Positions 1-15,045 are shown, numbered from the stretch's first letter. The stretch is 64,000 nt of DNA from Lingula anatina (GCA_051362555.1 CM120647.1:17150651-17214650); one strand, 5' to 3'. Numbers and translations: made by a program. The notes: generated from the sequence alone by a model not told the origin.

Positions 1-170
1 ACTTAAGTTGATAGAACGATCCCCGATAGGGACTGGGAATGTTCCCTTTAACATGCCTGACAGCAATGGCTATTGCCAGAGAGGGAGATTCACGCGTCCT
101 ACCACCAAAACAAAAAATAAAATAAAACACGACCAAGGTTTGTTTATATTTACATGGCACGTGATACATA

Positions 171-630
171 GGGCTCATTCCCAATGAACATAGCGTTCCA
201 CGAAGATCGATCCAACTCCGCGGAGACTCTCACTAAATGCAATTAGAGTAAGAGGTCAACGCGCCTCCCCTTGTTTCCAACGTACTCGAATAATCTGTAT
301 TCTATTCAGTGGAGGTGTATAAGGGACCATTTCCACAGATATTTGGATCGATCTATCTCCACGGGTAGTCTCAGTAAATTGCTATCTGCTATCGGCGAGG
401 CCGAGCAAGAAAGTTAATTACCCCCCTAGCTGATTCGGTAGGCGTGACCGACATTTTAGCCTCTTAAGCTGATAACAATTTGGCGTGCATCCCCAGGGAG
501 TTAGGTCGATCCAAATGGATCGATCTAAGCATGGGAACCCAGTCTTAATCTGTTAATGTGATTGCAATCAGCGGGAGTCCTCGCGGAGTTGGACTGGACT
601 GGAAAGATGGTTACATTGGGAATGGGCCCT
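171..630. mobile_element. Palindromic MITE (family A) with a related copy nested at about 325-545
   Basis: gggctcattcccaatg..gatccaactccgcggagactctc (171-245) is inverted relative to gggagtcctcgcggagttgga..cattgggaatgggccc (556-630). Confidence 0.55.
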
Positions 631-2019
631 AAGAATGGATCCCTACCAGGACACTACAGACTTGAAGCCCCGGTGGTTGACAGCATACATTCACTGACGG
701 TTACATGATATCGCTAGGAGGCGGATGCCTTGCCAAATATAAAACAGTCACCATTTCTTTGAAGCAGAACAATTTATCCATTCCTGCCCCACGCATATAT
801 TCAATGTAATCATTGTTTGTGATGGATAATGTGGAAAATCGTTATTTTCTAATATCAATTTTTTCTTAAGTTCTTATGTATATATTTCCCTCTTTGTTCA
901 AAAGAGAAGTCAGATTTATATGCATTTGACTTTATTTCCTTAGCTTTGGGTCAAATAGCTCATCAGTCTTACTAATACAGCAGTTCCAATACAAGAGACG
1001 TCAATGTATTGCTAGGCTTAGGAGTTGACATTCCATTACGCCAGTAAATCGGATAAATATCTGATTAAGAAATAGAACGATATAGTGCCTTATGCAGAAC
1101 ACTGGCAAACTTCTGCAGTGCTGTCAAACCCGAGGAGTTAAAAAAGCCACATTGCGAGTCTAAACGCTCCGTTCCTGGCCTGTACTTTGAGTGTGATTAA
1201 ATGATGTCTACGAAAAGTGAGATGTTAAATTAATATGCTAGCCAGAAGAAGATCCCCGGCTTGTGGTGATTTATTGATTGAAATGGTGCACTTAATGTCA
1301 ACATACTTCCCACGTCTTCAACAGCAATGTGCAAATGAAAAAGTAAATCCCGGTGAGACAGAAATGGTGGCCTTATAAAAGGAAGTCCGGGGACGTCCCC
1401 TATGGTTAGCACAGGCTACGGTTAACAGGAAATATAGTGCGAATATACGATAAAATGAGGAACGACAATAGGTTTTCTTAGCGGACTGGATTTCCTTCCA
1501 AATTTAAACTCATTCAAGCTTCAGTATCTTTTAACGGTCGATTTATCCCTTTGAGGTTGCATAATTCAAACGCACGAAGAAGATTGTGCGTTAACCCTAA
1601 GAGTAGGTCTATCGAGAGCGTATCCCTTTTGATTTTCTATAGGGTCCCACGTCATGTGGGAAAGATCGAGTCCCCTGTGTTACAGGTCCAGTACTAGTTT
1701 TCAATTGATGTGTCTTAGATTTTGACCCGTTTACGTCACGCTAACCCTAACCTGTATTAATTGCCATGGGACGCAGGCTATCTGTTACCACATCTGCAGT
1801 TCTTAACGCCGGCGACCGTTCTCACGATTTACTTTTTATTAAGAATCAGCATGTTATTGCTGAATTTCAAGAAAAAAAAGAAACAAAAATATCGAGGTTC
1901 TTTTGAAAACCTATGGAAAAAATCATTGGCCATACTGGGTCACTAAATTCACACGTTCAGAAAAATCTAACAGTTAAAATACTACTGGCCACGCACGTAG
2001 GACCAGCAACTAACATTCC

Positions 2020-2023
<4 letters not shown>

Positions 2024-2066
<43 letters not shown>
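2024..2066. repeat. (AAT)n microsatellite
   Basis: Directly visible. Confidence 0.9.
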
Positions 2067-2069
<3 letters not shown>

Positions 2070-2537
2070 CCCAAGGGAAACAGGATCATTGTAGAATAAG
2101 TTAATTGGGCCCTATCTTTTAGAAGAGATTTCCCCCTATTATCTGATTCAGGTTCCCACGGCGATGGGAAAGCCTTTCTGAACTAAAATGTATCAGCACA
2201 CGGCAAGTTTCAGGGAAAGAATGCCAATCACGATGGAATTAGCTGGGTATTCATCTGCCTGCAAACCCGTCATTTCAGCAAATTGCAAAAAAGCGTGAAA
2301 TAATGATAGCAACTGAAGGAATGGCGACTCGGCGGTGTTCGCTAAATTGATGCGGCATGCACAATCTTTTCTTTGCCTGATATGCAAAGGCGTCTTTCGT
2401 TCTTGCAATAGGAAAAGCTGATGAAATAAAACGCCGGTGATGAAGTCAACGTGCTCGAATTAGTGTTGATGTGAAGTGACGATGGAAAAAATGTAACAGA
2501 CGCAACAGCAATGTGGAATTGCCCAGAATTAACTAAG

Positions 2538-2794
2538 AGACCATTCCCAGAGACTATCGTACTTACTTTGGATCGAACTATCTCCAAGGGGATTCTCGCT
2601 TAATTGCAATAAACTAAGGCGGCTTAGATGTCTATCATGTCTACTGAAGCTGATCGGGGATAATTAACTATCGTTTAGCAGCTTTAGCAGGCGTGCCAGA
2701 TGTCTAAGCCACTTAAGCTGAAAGCAATTCAGCGAGAAACCCCGTGGAGATGGACGGAACCTGTTAGATCGATCTAGGGATGGAAATCCAGTCT
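2538..2794. mobile_element. Palindromic MITE (family A); fragments also at about 1-40 and 31190-31380
   Basis: Self-complementary arms (tctccaaggggattctcgct..aattgc / gcaattcagcgagaaaccccgtggaga); similar to 325-545. Confidence 0.6.
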
Positions 2795-3881
2795 AACTGT
2801 GGGTTCGTGAACACAGGAATAATCACCAGCCAATAAAGCACACTTTGTTGTCTTCTTTATTTTCTTTCCCTGACGACAAATTGACAATGGCAGTTATATT
2901 GAGTCAAAACCACACGAGCATTAATAAAGACTAGATGTCAAGTGGCTATGGGACACTAATTAGAACCCTAATAATAACAGCAATTATGTAGCCTGATTAT
3001 GTAGACGGACTTCTTAGAAAGGTTAACAGTAGGGCAGGTAAGGATATCCAATATTTCAAATTGGCAGTGGCAGTTATTGAATTCATATCCTGAAAACAAC
3101 CCATTAATCCGATTTCAAATACCTTTAGAGCAGTTTTAAATACAACTTTTCATATTTTTAATTTTTTTCTTTATTCCTGAGACAGGCTCACTATAGATCG
3201 GACAAGGCAAATCATGAGATTAACTGGAAGATCCAGAATATTAAAAAAAGTTTGTATGTTTTTCTTACGGTCACTTAAGGTCACTTACCAGCCAGCGCCA
3301 GATGGAGAACGAAGAAATTCATGCGAAGTCTCTTTCCGTTTCTGCGTTCTTGAATTACCGTCGCCAGCACCAATAGGTTCCCCACCGTAATAAGGCAAAA
3401 CAGCACGGCCAAGAAGGTGATTTGTGCTACCTATCAATTGAAAATAAATCCCACGCACCATATAAGTAGTCAATTCTTCTGGTAAAACCTTTGGGTAAAA
3501 ACGAAAAAAAATCTTGTAACAGAAAAACTTCCTGAATTTTTCCATACCAATGAGTTTACATAATCATGTTATAACACATGCAGCGATACCGTATTTTCTT
3601 AACAAATATTTCTCACTCTCATTTCATGACAGCTTGATTGATTTTCCTGTATTTTCCTGTTTTTGTATTTGTGTATTTGGAGAGAATGTGGCCTCGCGAT
3701 CCCATGTGAATGCTTAGCCGACAGCGGTGGGAAACCAACATTCCACTGAATACTACAGGGTATATATTGTGGGTAAGTAATGAGAGCTCAACTGTAAGGA
3801 TAGTGGAATTAACCGATTGTTTGCCAGCTTGCTTCTCTGTCTGTCTATTTATAAGCCCATTCGTCTATCTATCTTTCTTAA

Positions 3882-4255
3882 AGATACATAAGAAGCGAGA
3901 GTAAATGCCCTGTAACTTAAGTAAATTATGAGCACAAGTTTCTTGGGTAACACGAGTGAAGTCCACATAAAAAAGAAGACGGAGGAGAAGAAGAAATGAA
4001 ATTAATCTCTCGGGCGGCAGTAAAACGGCTTTAAAACTGCACTTTCTTCAAAACCTTCGTCGTAAATGAGACCGTAAGACACAGAGAGTAGGTAGAAAAC
4101 ATCTGAGCCAACATCATTTTCGAGATTTAATAATATACATGTAACAGAACCCTTTGGCATTTTTTAAGTTATATTCTTCGAAATTAAATATGTGGTGGCA
4201 TTTTGTCGGATAGAGCGACAATAATTTGACATTTTCACTCGTGTTATATGGATCT
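3882..4255. mobile_element. Kolobok-like non-autonomous element
   Basis: TTAA on both sides; imperfect 28-bp TIRs beginning AG (AGATACATAAGAAGCGAGAGTAAATG / AGATCCATATAACACGAGTGAAAATG). Confidence 0.6.
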
Positions 4256-5317
4256 TTAAGATATTTTTGCTTGCCCGTGATTGACATTAAAACAAAAAAA
4301 AATGTATGTTCAATTTCATATATTGAAGTAACTGAGATAAAACACGAAACTATGGACAGATTGTGAAAAAAAAATGATCATATTCTAAAATATGACTTAA
4401 TTTGACTTAAACCTTGTTTTGCGAATTCCCAGAAAATTGAACAGATTTCGAGAGATTTATGTAGCGAATGTGGCTTATATACAGTCCTTATCCCCTCCGC
4501 TCCCCTTCCCCCCAAAAAAAATTTCCATTAACGACATACACCTCTTGTGTATGATATCTCGCGATCTAATACCTCATGTCTACTACATCTGTTAAGGAGA
4601 ACAGGACTGATTTTTGCAAATGTCAGTGACAAGCACACTCAAGTTTTGTTAAGAAGTCCATGTCAATATATCTGCGCTACCCCCTCCTTACTCTCTGACC
4701 ACAGATGCGCTAGGAGACTGGTACAAAATTTTTGCCTCTCATAATTAAATTTTGTATACTAAATTTATAAGCCCCTGATATCAGAGGATGCTCCCCTTAT
4801 CTCTCTCTCTCTCTAACGCACGCACACACACACACACACATACACACACACACACTTAATCCCTTGCAAAAAATTATACAAACACTGCCACAAAGAACAG
4901 CAGACTCAAAAAACATTGCCTCTGCTTATAGTGCATTTATAATAGACTTTTATCCCGCTCTCTATGTTTTGCAACGAATAAGAGCCACCGCAGAATGTGT
5001 CGTGCGCTAAAATATCAAGAAATGTATCAAGTTTTCTAGCACTGAAAATAGAAAAATGGTTACCATATGCTGAAAAATGAGGTTACTCTTTGGCGAGAAG
5101 AATATTTTCGGTGAAGTTGCCCCAATTAGGTCTTTGAGATTTTCACGAAAATGCTGGCAAATTTAGTGATAGTATAAATGTCTTGAATGACAAAATTGCA
5201 AATACAGATTTGTAGATAAACAGATTAAATTTATAAAGGAACAAATAAATAGAAAAATAATAATGTTTACTATACAATGCCCGTTATGTTATATGAAAAA
5301 GAAAGGCAATTGAAAGC

Positions 5318-5436
5318 GCACACGCACATACATACACGTGCACAAACGCACACACACTCATAAACACACACACACAAACACTCAAACACACACACACACA
5401 AGCACACACAAACGCACCCCCAACACACATATGTAC

Positions 5437-5470
<34 letters not shown>

Positions 5471-5475
5471 GCACG
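5318..5475. repeat. Compound (CA)n microsatellite
   Basis: Directly visible; explains the CV-repeat ORFs. Confidence 0.9.
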
Positions 5476-8400
5476 CAACAGCAGCAAACAACCTGATGCT
5501 AACCTGATGGAATTCATAAATTTCCAGCGTTCCATTGAACTGCTTACGGTCACCAATCGTCCGGTTATCTAAGGTCACAGTCACGTTTAAACTTTCGCTA
5601 TAGTTAAAATCCATAGTCTTTTTTCCCCTCAGTGCTCAACCGGTGCACATTTGATCAAGCTTGAACGCAGGTCTGGTCAGCAATTACCGGCCAATTAAAG
5701 CCATCCTGGGATACTTATCAGAAGTCCTGTTTAACAGCTTGTTGGCAACAGCTTGTTGCTGTTCTCCGGCACAAGATGACAGAAATCATACGCAGCGTCT
5801 GCTAAAGCGGTGAAACACCTGTGTTTTAACATTTTACTTCAAAACGATAATTATAATCACAATCGACTGCTTATGTTACTTCCCATATCCATGCATATGG
5901 CCAACAGAGCAAAGGTCTGCTTTTTAAAGCGTTAAATAAAATGTAGAGATACAATCCTCTATAACGTCAGGTAACGATATGTCAAGAAATCAGCTTTGTT
6001 ATGGCTATCCTATCTGTTGGCCAAAGTATTTAAAGTCTACCGCTCACTGTTGCTAACTCCGTCATATCTGAAGCAGTTTAATAACTTTTATGGTTGTTCC
6101 GTAGGTGTTTCTTGCGTTATGAGTTCTGCTCGGGTATCGATTTATGCCGTAAAATACTAGGCATAATTAGTCGTTTGCGAAGAGCGGCATCACCTGCCGT
6201 TACATCTACTTGGCGTTCTGCCGCCTGTCTATCATTTCGGTATATGTTTAGACACCGCTTATTATTATTGTGAGTTGGATCAGGCTTATTGGGATAGAGT
6301 TTGAAACAATGTCGCTCAGGAAAAATTGATGAATGTGGTGAACGAGTATAGTACACAGATATCCCTGTAGACCACTTTGAAATATGCTTGGTTTTTGTGA
6401 CATACATTCCTTTTTCGTTCTCTCTCTCTCTCTCTCTCTCTCGCTCGCTCGCTCGCTCGCTTTGAAAATCGACTGAAAGACTTGAATTAAGTCTTTCAGT
6501 CGATTTTTACTTTTTTGCAGACAAGCTGGGAGAAATAGATTAGCCTCCGAACACTCAAATGCAAGGTGTAGGTGCAATTGTGACCCAAAACAATTATTAA
6601 ACAGTAAACCCATGGGCTATTTTTTTACTGGATATCGACCCAACCGCCGCCTGTGATCGCCTCAGACCGAAAAGATTAACGAAAATTGTATCCTTTATCT
6701 CAGCTCACCCTCAGTAATCAAGTCAAAAACATCTCGGAAGAATGTAATGAAGTGTCAACGAGGGATATATATAGATTTCACTCGAAACCCCCGTTTTTAT
6801 GTACACGCTATGTACTACGAAGGACTTACTTTAATCTTTTTTACACGGGGGGGGGGGGCAGAATTGGATTTTTATCCTAGTAATTCTTTTTCAATAAGTA
6901 ATGAGCTGAAGGGACAGAGTGTAAGATTCCAAACACACGTTTTTTTTTTAAACATAAGTACATAAACTATTTCTTGTTGAAAATATCTTTAGACAAGTGT
7001 TATTTTATATAGATAAATGTCATGAATTCATGTCGCCAACATAATCTAATTTATCACCTCCTGACGGCTCTAGCCATCTGTCAAGTATTTGAATTGCACG
7101 TAACCCGGATGTCAGTGCTGGAGTGGCAGTGACATGCGAATTTGAAAAAACACACTTAAGAACCGCTGAAAGGCCCATTATTATGCATGTTTACAGAGCC
7201 AAGATGAGGGTTTGGATGGGAATATCAAATCTCAAATAGTCGGGGTACAAAATTACATTTACCCCAAGAAAATCCGAAAGTATGATATTTTCTCTGGAAA
7301 ACCTCACGTTGCGCATCTTTAAGATGTACCTTCTCACAGCCTGAGTTGTACTCAAACTTATTTCTTTAACTAGAGGTCAAACCGAGTGTATAACTGGCCT
7401 ACAGCAGTTTTGCAGCTTCCACACGGACGGGCACGATCTTCAAAAGCATTCACTTTGAGGTCAGTTTCATCAGGTAGACTAGTCGCGGCGTCTGAAACGC
7501 ATGTATTTTGAAGGAATACTTAAAGAGCGTGGGAATGTGGATTAAAAATGAACTCTATTTAATTGAACAGATAGTCAGAACTGTTTTTTTTATATGGTGC
7601 TTTGGGGGTTGGGACGGTGTTGGGGGTTAGGAGGGACTACATTACTACTTAACGCATGGAGTAGAGGAGTCATTTATTAAGTGTCTTAAAAGACTCACCC
7701 CAGGGAAACCACACCACTTGTCAAAAGTATTGACTATAAAAAAATTAAAGGTAGTGTTTGAAAGCCATGAAACTTTATAACGCAGTTAGATTTTAAGATT
7801 CGGCCTTCTGAATACAGTTTTCACCAAACCCAAATGTATGTATTCTGTACGAGCTACACTTTTTAATATTGTGTTCTATTTTCAGCGTAAAGACAAATTC
7901 GGTCCAGCACAACAAAAGGTCATACATATGTAAGCCATTGAGATTTTTTCTATGTGAAAAAAAAAGAAAAACAATTGTTTCATTCTATTGCTCCTTGTTT
8001 GAAAGATTCTACCAACCGCCTCCAGGGCATAACTGTGCTAATAAACAAAGCTAAGTTGTTTTAATCTATTAACTCAAAATTGATTGCGGTGGTCTACTAC
8101 TGCATATGTGGCAGCAAATACAGAGTTTCTGAAAGGCCTTCAATTACGGCTTTTTCAAAGTCGGGATAAGCTGGAACATCAATAATAGTCAGACCACCAT
8201 TGATACTTGAACTTAGACCTTTGTGCATGGTCAATCCAGAAGAGACTTAGCCAGAAATTAGCATGGATTGATTTTGGCAATTCCACAATAGCAGAAAACA
8301 AGACGCGCTAAGTAATCAGTTTACAGGGACAGGATACCACCTGTTAGTGACGCCAATGTCTGCTAATTCAACGTATAAAATACTGCAGAATGACATTAAT

Positions 8401-8693
8401 AGCCAACTGTGGAACATAAGTCCCTTTCGAGTGTTATTCTGTGCAAACTGAGTGAAAATATGCTAACTTAAAGGAATATCCAGAAGGAATAAACGCGTCA
8501 GATTCTACACCATAAACGTTGACCTTTGCTGGAACCTACAGTGAGAAGGGAAAGATCGCCGTTGTGACAAGAATGGTAGTGTCCTAATTTAGAAACGCAC
8601 TCCGTTATCCACAATTTGTATAGGTGGCATTTGCCCCATGTACTGAACCCGGTACTTCCGGCTATCCCTGACCAAAGTTTACCACATGACAAC

Positions 8694-8865
8694 CCGGTCT
8701 GACAAAAATTGTTGTCCTAGGAATGTAAGTTTGGGGTCCCATATGGTAAGTACAGGTTCGAGTTAGTCAGAGGTTTAGGGTTAGTATATGGGACGAATGC
8801 CACCTGTGCAAAGTAATGGGAAACAGGCTACGGTTCTTAGCGGACTACTATTCCTGTCACACAGG
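8694..8865. mobile_element. About 170-bp MITE (family B, CCGGTGTGACAGGAAT-like TIR); a decayed inverted copy abuts it at about 8559-8693
   Basis: Homologous to 15224-15380 (reverse) and 21806-21975; fragments near 1350 and 36077. Confidence 0.7.
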
Positions 8866-11800
8866 TAGTATTAGTACTCTGAGGGGTCTCAACGGGTTAC
8901 TATCCCAAGGACAACCATCCCTGTTAAAACCGCTCTTGAGATTTTCCGTTATTTAGACAATAAAATGGCATGAAAGTATAAACCAAACTAAAAGGTCAAA
9001 CTTAAAAGAACTTGACGAGACAATTTGCTTAAAAACCCTGCATAGCTGTGTAGCAAGAGTTATGAATGAGTTCTGAAGAGATACACCTCATACAACCTTG
9101 TTCACATACATGTAATCTTCTTGACCCAACTTGCATTTTATCTCGTGCAATGAGGTTTTAGTGGATTATTGTCATTATCAGTCAGGTTAATTTTATCAAG
9201 GAAAACATTATAATACAGGAAATGATGCAGGAAATTAAGAACAAGGATCCAAAACCCGAGAGCAGATTAACATTTTAATGTTAAAATTTTAATGTTTATT
9301 AAAATAAACGCGCTTCAATCGTGTCCCAGTAATCCTGAATAAATCCTCATCATCATTGGGTGCCATTCACTGTCAGCAGTTTGGCTGTCATGGATCGCCA
9401 TGTCTTTCCATCTTGCACCATTTTATCGGCCTATTCTTTTATGTTGTCCATTCATGCCTTTCTTCGTATTCCATTGTTTCTCATTGAACTTAAATTCCTT
9501 CTATTAACAACTGCTGCAAATGATCTTTTCTCCTGATGTAACCGATATAAGATAATTGTCTTTTGTTGACGGTGTGCAATAACAACTTAGTTAATTTTAA
9601 ATTATTTAGTACATCCTCATTATTTTGTGTTTAGTCCATGGCATATCTAACATCACAGTAATTGAAAAGTAATGACATTCTCTGTAGTGTTATTAAAGGT
9701 TACCAATCCTGGATTTACGCACCAAAGCTAATTTTCCTTGAGGAAAAATATCTTTCTCTGACCCATAGTCCATCGTTCTATCCGTCTCTGCACGTGGCTT
9801 GGGGGAGGGGGGGGTTGTCTCATTTTAATCAAAACGATTACTTCTTAATGACTCGCTGGTCATGTAAAATCATATCCATCGTCCGAGCATTTGACGATTA
9901 AGGCATGCACTGTGCATAAAAGAAATTGACGTCGCATTCATTTCATATTAAGAAAAATGGCCGGTGGTGTTAAATTGAGTATACAACATTGGTCCCACCC
10001 CCATTTCCATGTACTTTCATTTACAAATGATCACCTCACAGCTGTAAATTGTTAGGACTAGTGCTTTTTATTACATATTCCGTGTCTAACATGATTAATG
10101 GTTACAAGAAAACAAAATAATGGTGAAAATATACATATTTTATACCATTTAGTAAAAATTATAAGAGGTACACCCTCAAATCCACTGTTTCACTGAGACT
10201 TCTACAGATGTAAAGAAATGTCTATAAAATTGAAAAAACGCCATCACATGTCGCAAAATTCACACACAATGAGCATTAGGGTGTGCTCGTTAAAGATCAC
10301 GTGCCTAACAGCGTGTGCGTTGTACCGCGTACTGCAATTATCTCCTGTAGACGGCGCGACAAGCCTTCAACACGGGTAACAATTCTGTTTTGTGGGATAT
10401 AACGTTCTGAAGGAAATATCGACATGGGGTATGTTTGTGTCTTCAGGAAATCTTCATCCGATAGCAGTTTGGCAGCAAAATAGTACATTGCTCCAAACCC
10501 AGAAAACTTGTACCTTCCCTTGGAAAAAATAACAATAATAAATAAATAAAATAAAATAAAATAAAATAAAATAAAATAAAATAAAGAAATAAAAAAAAGC
10601 AATGGGCTATTTGTGTTTTTGTGAAATACACACGTGGCCGATTGCTCAAATTAATCTATGCTCACATATGTCATAAAATGGTTATACCGTATATAACATA
10701 AATTGCACAAATTTATTTGTGGTAGAAAAAATATATTGTTTTAAAGAGACAATAAATGTTGTCGATCTGTGCGTCAATTCTCATCCCTAGTGTACCTCAA
10801 GGGACATTAATGGCTTTTCTCGGCGGAATCAATCGTGTGACAAAGATTTATATTTTTATCGCCATTACCAAAGACACAATGAAAAAATCACCGAAGTTTA
10901 CATGTGACTTAAAACTGTTTTATAGTTCATGGCACCTGTCATGGTTGTCTATATTCAAATATGTTCTATTAGTTGTATATATAACCTTTATTATCTACCA
11001 GAATAGGTCGTTATTGCAATGTATAATTGCAATGACATAGCACTATAAAAATTGTCAGAAACAATTAAGGGTTATTAAAAATTATTATTAACATTTATTG
11101 CAAAACATTGTCTCTACACTTGATTAGAGCCGCTTAAGTATATAACAAATACGCAATAAAATGATGATGTGAAATGAATAGCTGTTGAAATAAACTTTTA
11201 TTGATACAACTTGGAGCGTTAAAAAGATGGTCACGCTCCTACATGTAGCACCACCTGCTGTTTTCATGTTTAAGTGTTACAGAATGCAAAGTTAATTGTA
11301 TAAATCTGAAAGCGAAATTTTCTAACACCAATCCTAATTTTTTTAGGTTATTAAATTGAAAACAAACACTTTCAGCCTTGATTCCAAAAGGCTGGACTTC
11401 AACCAAGGTCTGGTTCATATGGTTACGAAGTTACACAATTTGAAGTTAGAAACAAACCTTGAGTTATTACTGTTGAGGACCAACATAGGTATTTTATATT
11501 TGTGAACTGCGTGTGCATGTACTAAGTATTCATCCTAAATTCTGGTCTAGAAGTATATGAGAAGGCTCTGCCAAAAATGTCTTCTGAAGCCAATTAACTA
11601 CCGCCCTGGATGTAAAATCATATGATTGTAGTATGGTTACCAAAACTCCATTGATGCCAGTTCTGCCACTTCTTAAGGCTCTGTCATGCTAGCGTTAATA
11701 GGTGCGTTTGGGTATCGTATGTGAAATCATTATACTTACAGCTGGCTTGGAGCGTATGGAATTACCCTTTTACCGACATGTGAAAATGAATGTGTGAGGC

Positions 11801-12225
11801 AGAATACCAATTAAATTGTTTTTGAACATGCTCAAAACATTTAATCTCCCTCTGTGCATGCCAACGTGCACCAACGTGCGCCTGTGTACTCGAGACGTAT
11901 ACGACGTAAATTCAACGAGTCCCGTGGGTTTGGGTACCGTCTAACAGAGTGGAAGATATTATAGGGAAAATTACAAAATGCAGTGAGATAGTATACTATT
12001 CACTATAGAACATTCGGACCAATGAACCCTTGATTAAAAAATCGATAAAAATGTTATCACTTTTCGGACCAATGAACCTTCGGACCAAAGAACCTTCGGA
12101 CTATCGAGAAGCCCCCTATTTATCTTAGGACATATCTGTGAATATCTTGTGAAAAATCAATCTGTGGCCCTGGTAGAGGGTAGTGTTTGGGTAACTTTTT
12201 CTCATACGTCAGTGCTGCGCGCCAA

Positions 12226-12439
12226 AGCCCCCTTTATACTGGAGGCGTCCTCACTGCGTCCTGCAGTACGTTTGAGAGTGAATAAAAATACTATTTTACT
12301 TGCTGACAGCTGGCCGATCATTGAGCATTCATTCTGCAACAAAAGCGATTCTTGTGCCTAATTTCTACGACCACAGCGTTGCCAGTTTCATGGTCGCACA
12401 AAGGACGCGGAAATTACGCTGTCCATGGTAAAGGGGGTT
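12226..12439. mobile_element. PIF/Harbinger-like MITE (about 215 bp)
   Basis: agccccctttatactgga..tccatggtaaagggggtt TIRs; homologous to 26219-26440. Confidence 0.65.
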
Positions 12440-12678
12440 GTGCGGCAAATGTGACAGCATCTGTTTACACGCGGGGTGTAAATTATCATCTCTTCCCCGA
12501 TGTGAAAGCTATTACTTTGTTAGCTCGATTTAGCACCTCTGTCGTCAAGTCCGTCCCTGAATCTGATAAATCAAATCACTTGGCTCTGGAAAAATACCAG
12601 CCTAATAACGTCACACGATTATTTAATACCGACTCGTCCGCCCTTCGTGAGCATGAGATCGAAATGTTGCGTGAGTTC

Positions 12679-13172
12679 ACCTGATGTGTTATATAGGCTA
12701 ACATCAGCGTACCTGATGTGTTATATAGGCTAACAGCGGCGTACCTGATGTGTTATATATAGGCTAACAGCGGCGTACCTGATGTGTTATATAGGCTAAC
12801 AGCGGCGTACCTGATGTGTTATATAGGCTAACAGCGGCGTACCTGATGTGTTATATAGGCTAACATCAGCGTACCTGATGTGTTATATAGGCTAACAGCG
12901 GCGTACCTGATGTGTTATATATAGGCTAACAGCGGCGTACCTGATGTGTTATATAGGCTAACAGCGGCGTACCTGATGTGTTATATAGGCTAACAGCGGC
13001 GTACCTGATGTGTTATATAAAGGCTAACAGCGGCGTACCTGATGTGTTATATAGGCTAACAGCGGCGTACCTGATGTGTTATATAGGCTAACAGCAGCGT
13101 ACCTGATGTGTTATATAGGCTAACAGCGGCGTACCTGATGTGTTATATAGGCTAACAGCGGCGTACCTGATG
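12679..13172. repeat. Minisatellite, 32-bp unit ACCTGATGTGTTATATAGGCTAACAGCGGCGT, about 15.3 copies
   Basis: Head-to-tail copies with no spacers. Confidence 0.97.
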
Positions 13173-15045
13173 CACCGTGGTGACAGACTTTCAACGCTAT
13201 CCAGCGCAACTAATGGTGATATTATATCAGTGGAAATCACTAGTAAAAATCCACCATTTTCCCCCACTCTTACGTACAGTGAAATACTTTAAGGTGATCG
13301 GAAGCGCGCAGAGTTGACTAATTGATCATATCTCTTCCTTCTCAAAACCCCAGCGATTGACTGATTCACTCTTGAGAACACGTTGGCCATTATGTGCTCA
13401 ACTTGCTTTGAGAAATTGATGTACTGTGGTTTTCAATCTTTCCAAACGAGGGATTTTTTCTTTTTGAACCTCTAACTCAATAAGTATATCTGACTTTGGC
13501 CTTTGGGGGATAACAGTAATCTTTGGGAACGGAGAAAGCCAATCGAGATCTTTAGTGTAAATATCTCATTTATGTCCTTTTTCTTTGTTTTATTCCACAT
13601 CTCCTAAAATAATATGAGGGATCGAACACTCCACCGAAACTGATCGAATAAAGTAATAAAAATAATAAGGATTGTTTATATTAAATAGTAATGGTATTAA
13701 AAGTAAAGAGAAAATGTCCCATTATAATGATTTGTAAAATATGGAATGGTCAATTATAAAACTTAAAAATATAGATTTTTAGAGCTTTTTAAAAAATATC
13801 TTCTGAGCTTATATTCTTTAGTTGTGATGGTAACTCTTTCCTTTCACACGGGGCCTAGTATTCAAAATATTTTTCTCCAAATGTTTTAAGCCTTGCCATC
13901 GAGGTTTTAATGCGATGCGATATGGTAAGTACTGAGATACAGGTTTACGAAGATAATCTGGTGCAAGTCCATAAAAAACAGCATGAGGGTACACAAACGT
14001 TGTGAAAACATAAAGCCCTTTTTCTCATCGAGCGATTTATCTTTTATGTTCCAGCTGTACCAGCATGTTTTATGACAACTTTAAAATATCTTATTTTTAT
14101 TAGATTATTAAAATATATGCCTATTATGAAAGGGAGAAACTTAAAAGCTACTTACTTCGAAACGACTAAATAATAAATTTAACAATTAGAAGCCATCTGG
14201 TAAATAACTTGTAAAAGGGACTTAAAGCCATATAGCGTAGTTAAATTTGGAGATAATCTCAAAGCATACCTGCGCAGCTGCATCACTATCCGAAAACGTT
14301 AATTTTTTTATTGACTTAAGTCTAAGACTAGTCAGGCAGCTTGCTAGGTTATGTTTCTTTTTTCTGTGAATCATATCATCCAAGGTCCATCCAGAGTAAA
14401 TATCTAAACAAATATGTCTTTATTCATCATTTTCACTTACGATATCTTTGGACAGTTTTCAAACCTTGCTCTCCTTATCTCTCATTATAAACTTAATAAT
14501 TCAAGCTGTCGTTTTTGAGATTGATCTGAAAGCTTTTACTGTTTATAAAATTAAAAAAAATACCAATTTGAGATCAACTTGATGACGACGTGGTTTCTGG
14601 AGTTCTGTGCAAAATTTTAAGTCTCGCAAGACAGAAACGTGATCACAATTAGCCAGGGAAAAAATCGGTGAAAATCCAATGAAAGAAATCACCCTGTGGC
14701 CCTGTTAGACGATACATCCGCAACACATCATGAGACGGTGCCATTTTTTATCAATGGACGTGCTATGAAATGTAGCCGGCTGTGAAGTCAAAAGACTCAT
14801 CGCGGTAGTCCAAAGAGCAGTGTCTTGGAAATTATAGTTTTTACATGCACTCTTGGTCAAAAAGGTTGTCCCACCCCCAGTTCCACGTGCTTTTTACCAA
14901 TATTTACAAATGGCCGCTTGACAGGAGTAAACTGTTATAAACAATGCTTCATGTTCCAGATACCATATCTAACATGACTTGCGTGTATAGTACACTTGAG
15001 ATCACTTCCAGTGATATGTGATTTAGCAATACATGTGGGTATTAT

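Noticed and set aside
5270-5614. Cys/Val-rich ORFs
   Set aside because: Translation of a (CA)n microsatellite.
12679-13172. CRISPR-like array (32-bp repeats)
   Set aside because: Units are contiguous with no unique spacers, there are no cas genes, and the context is eukaryotic.
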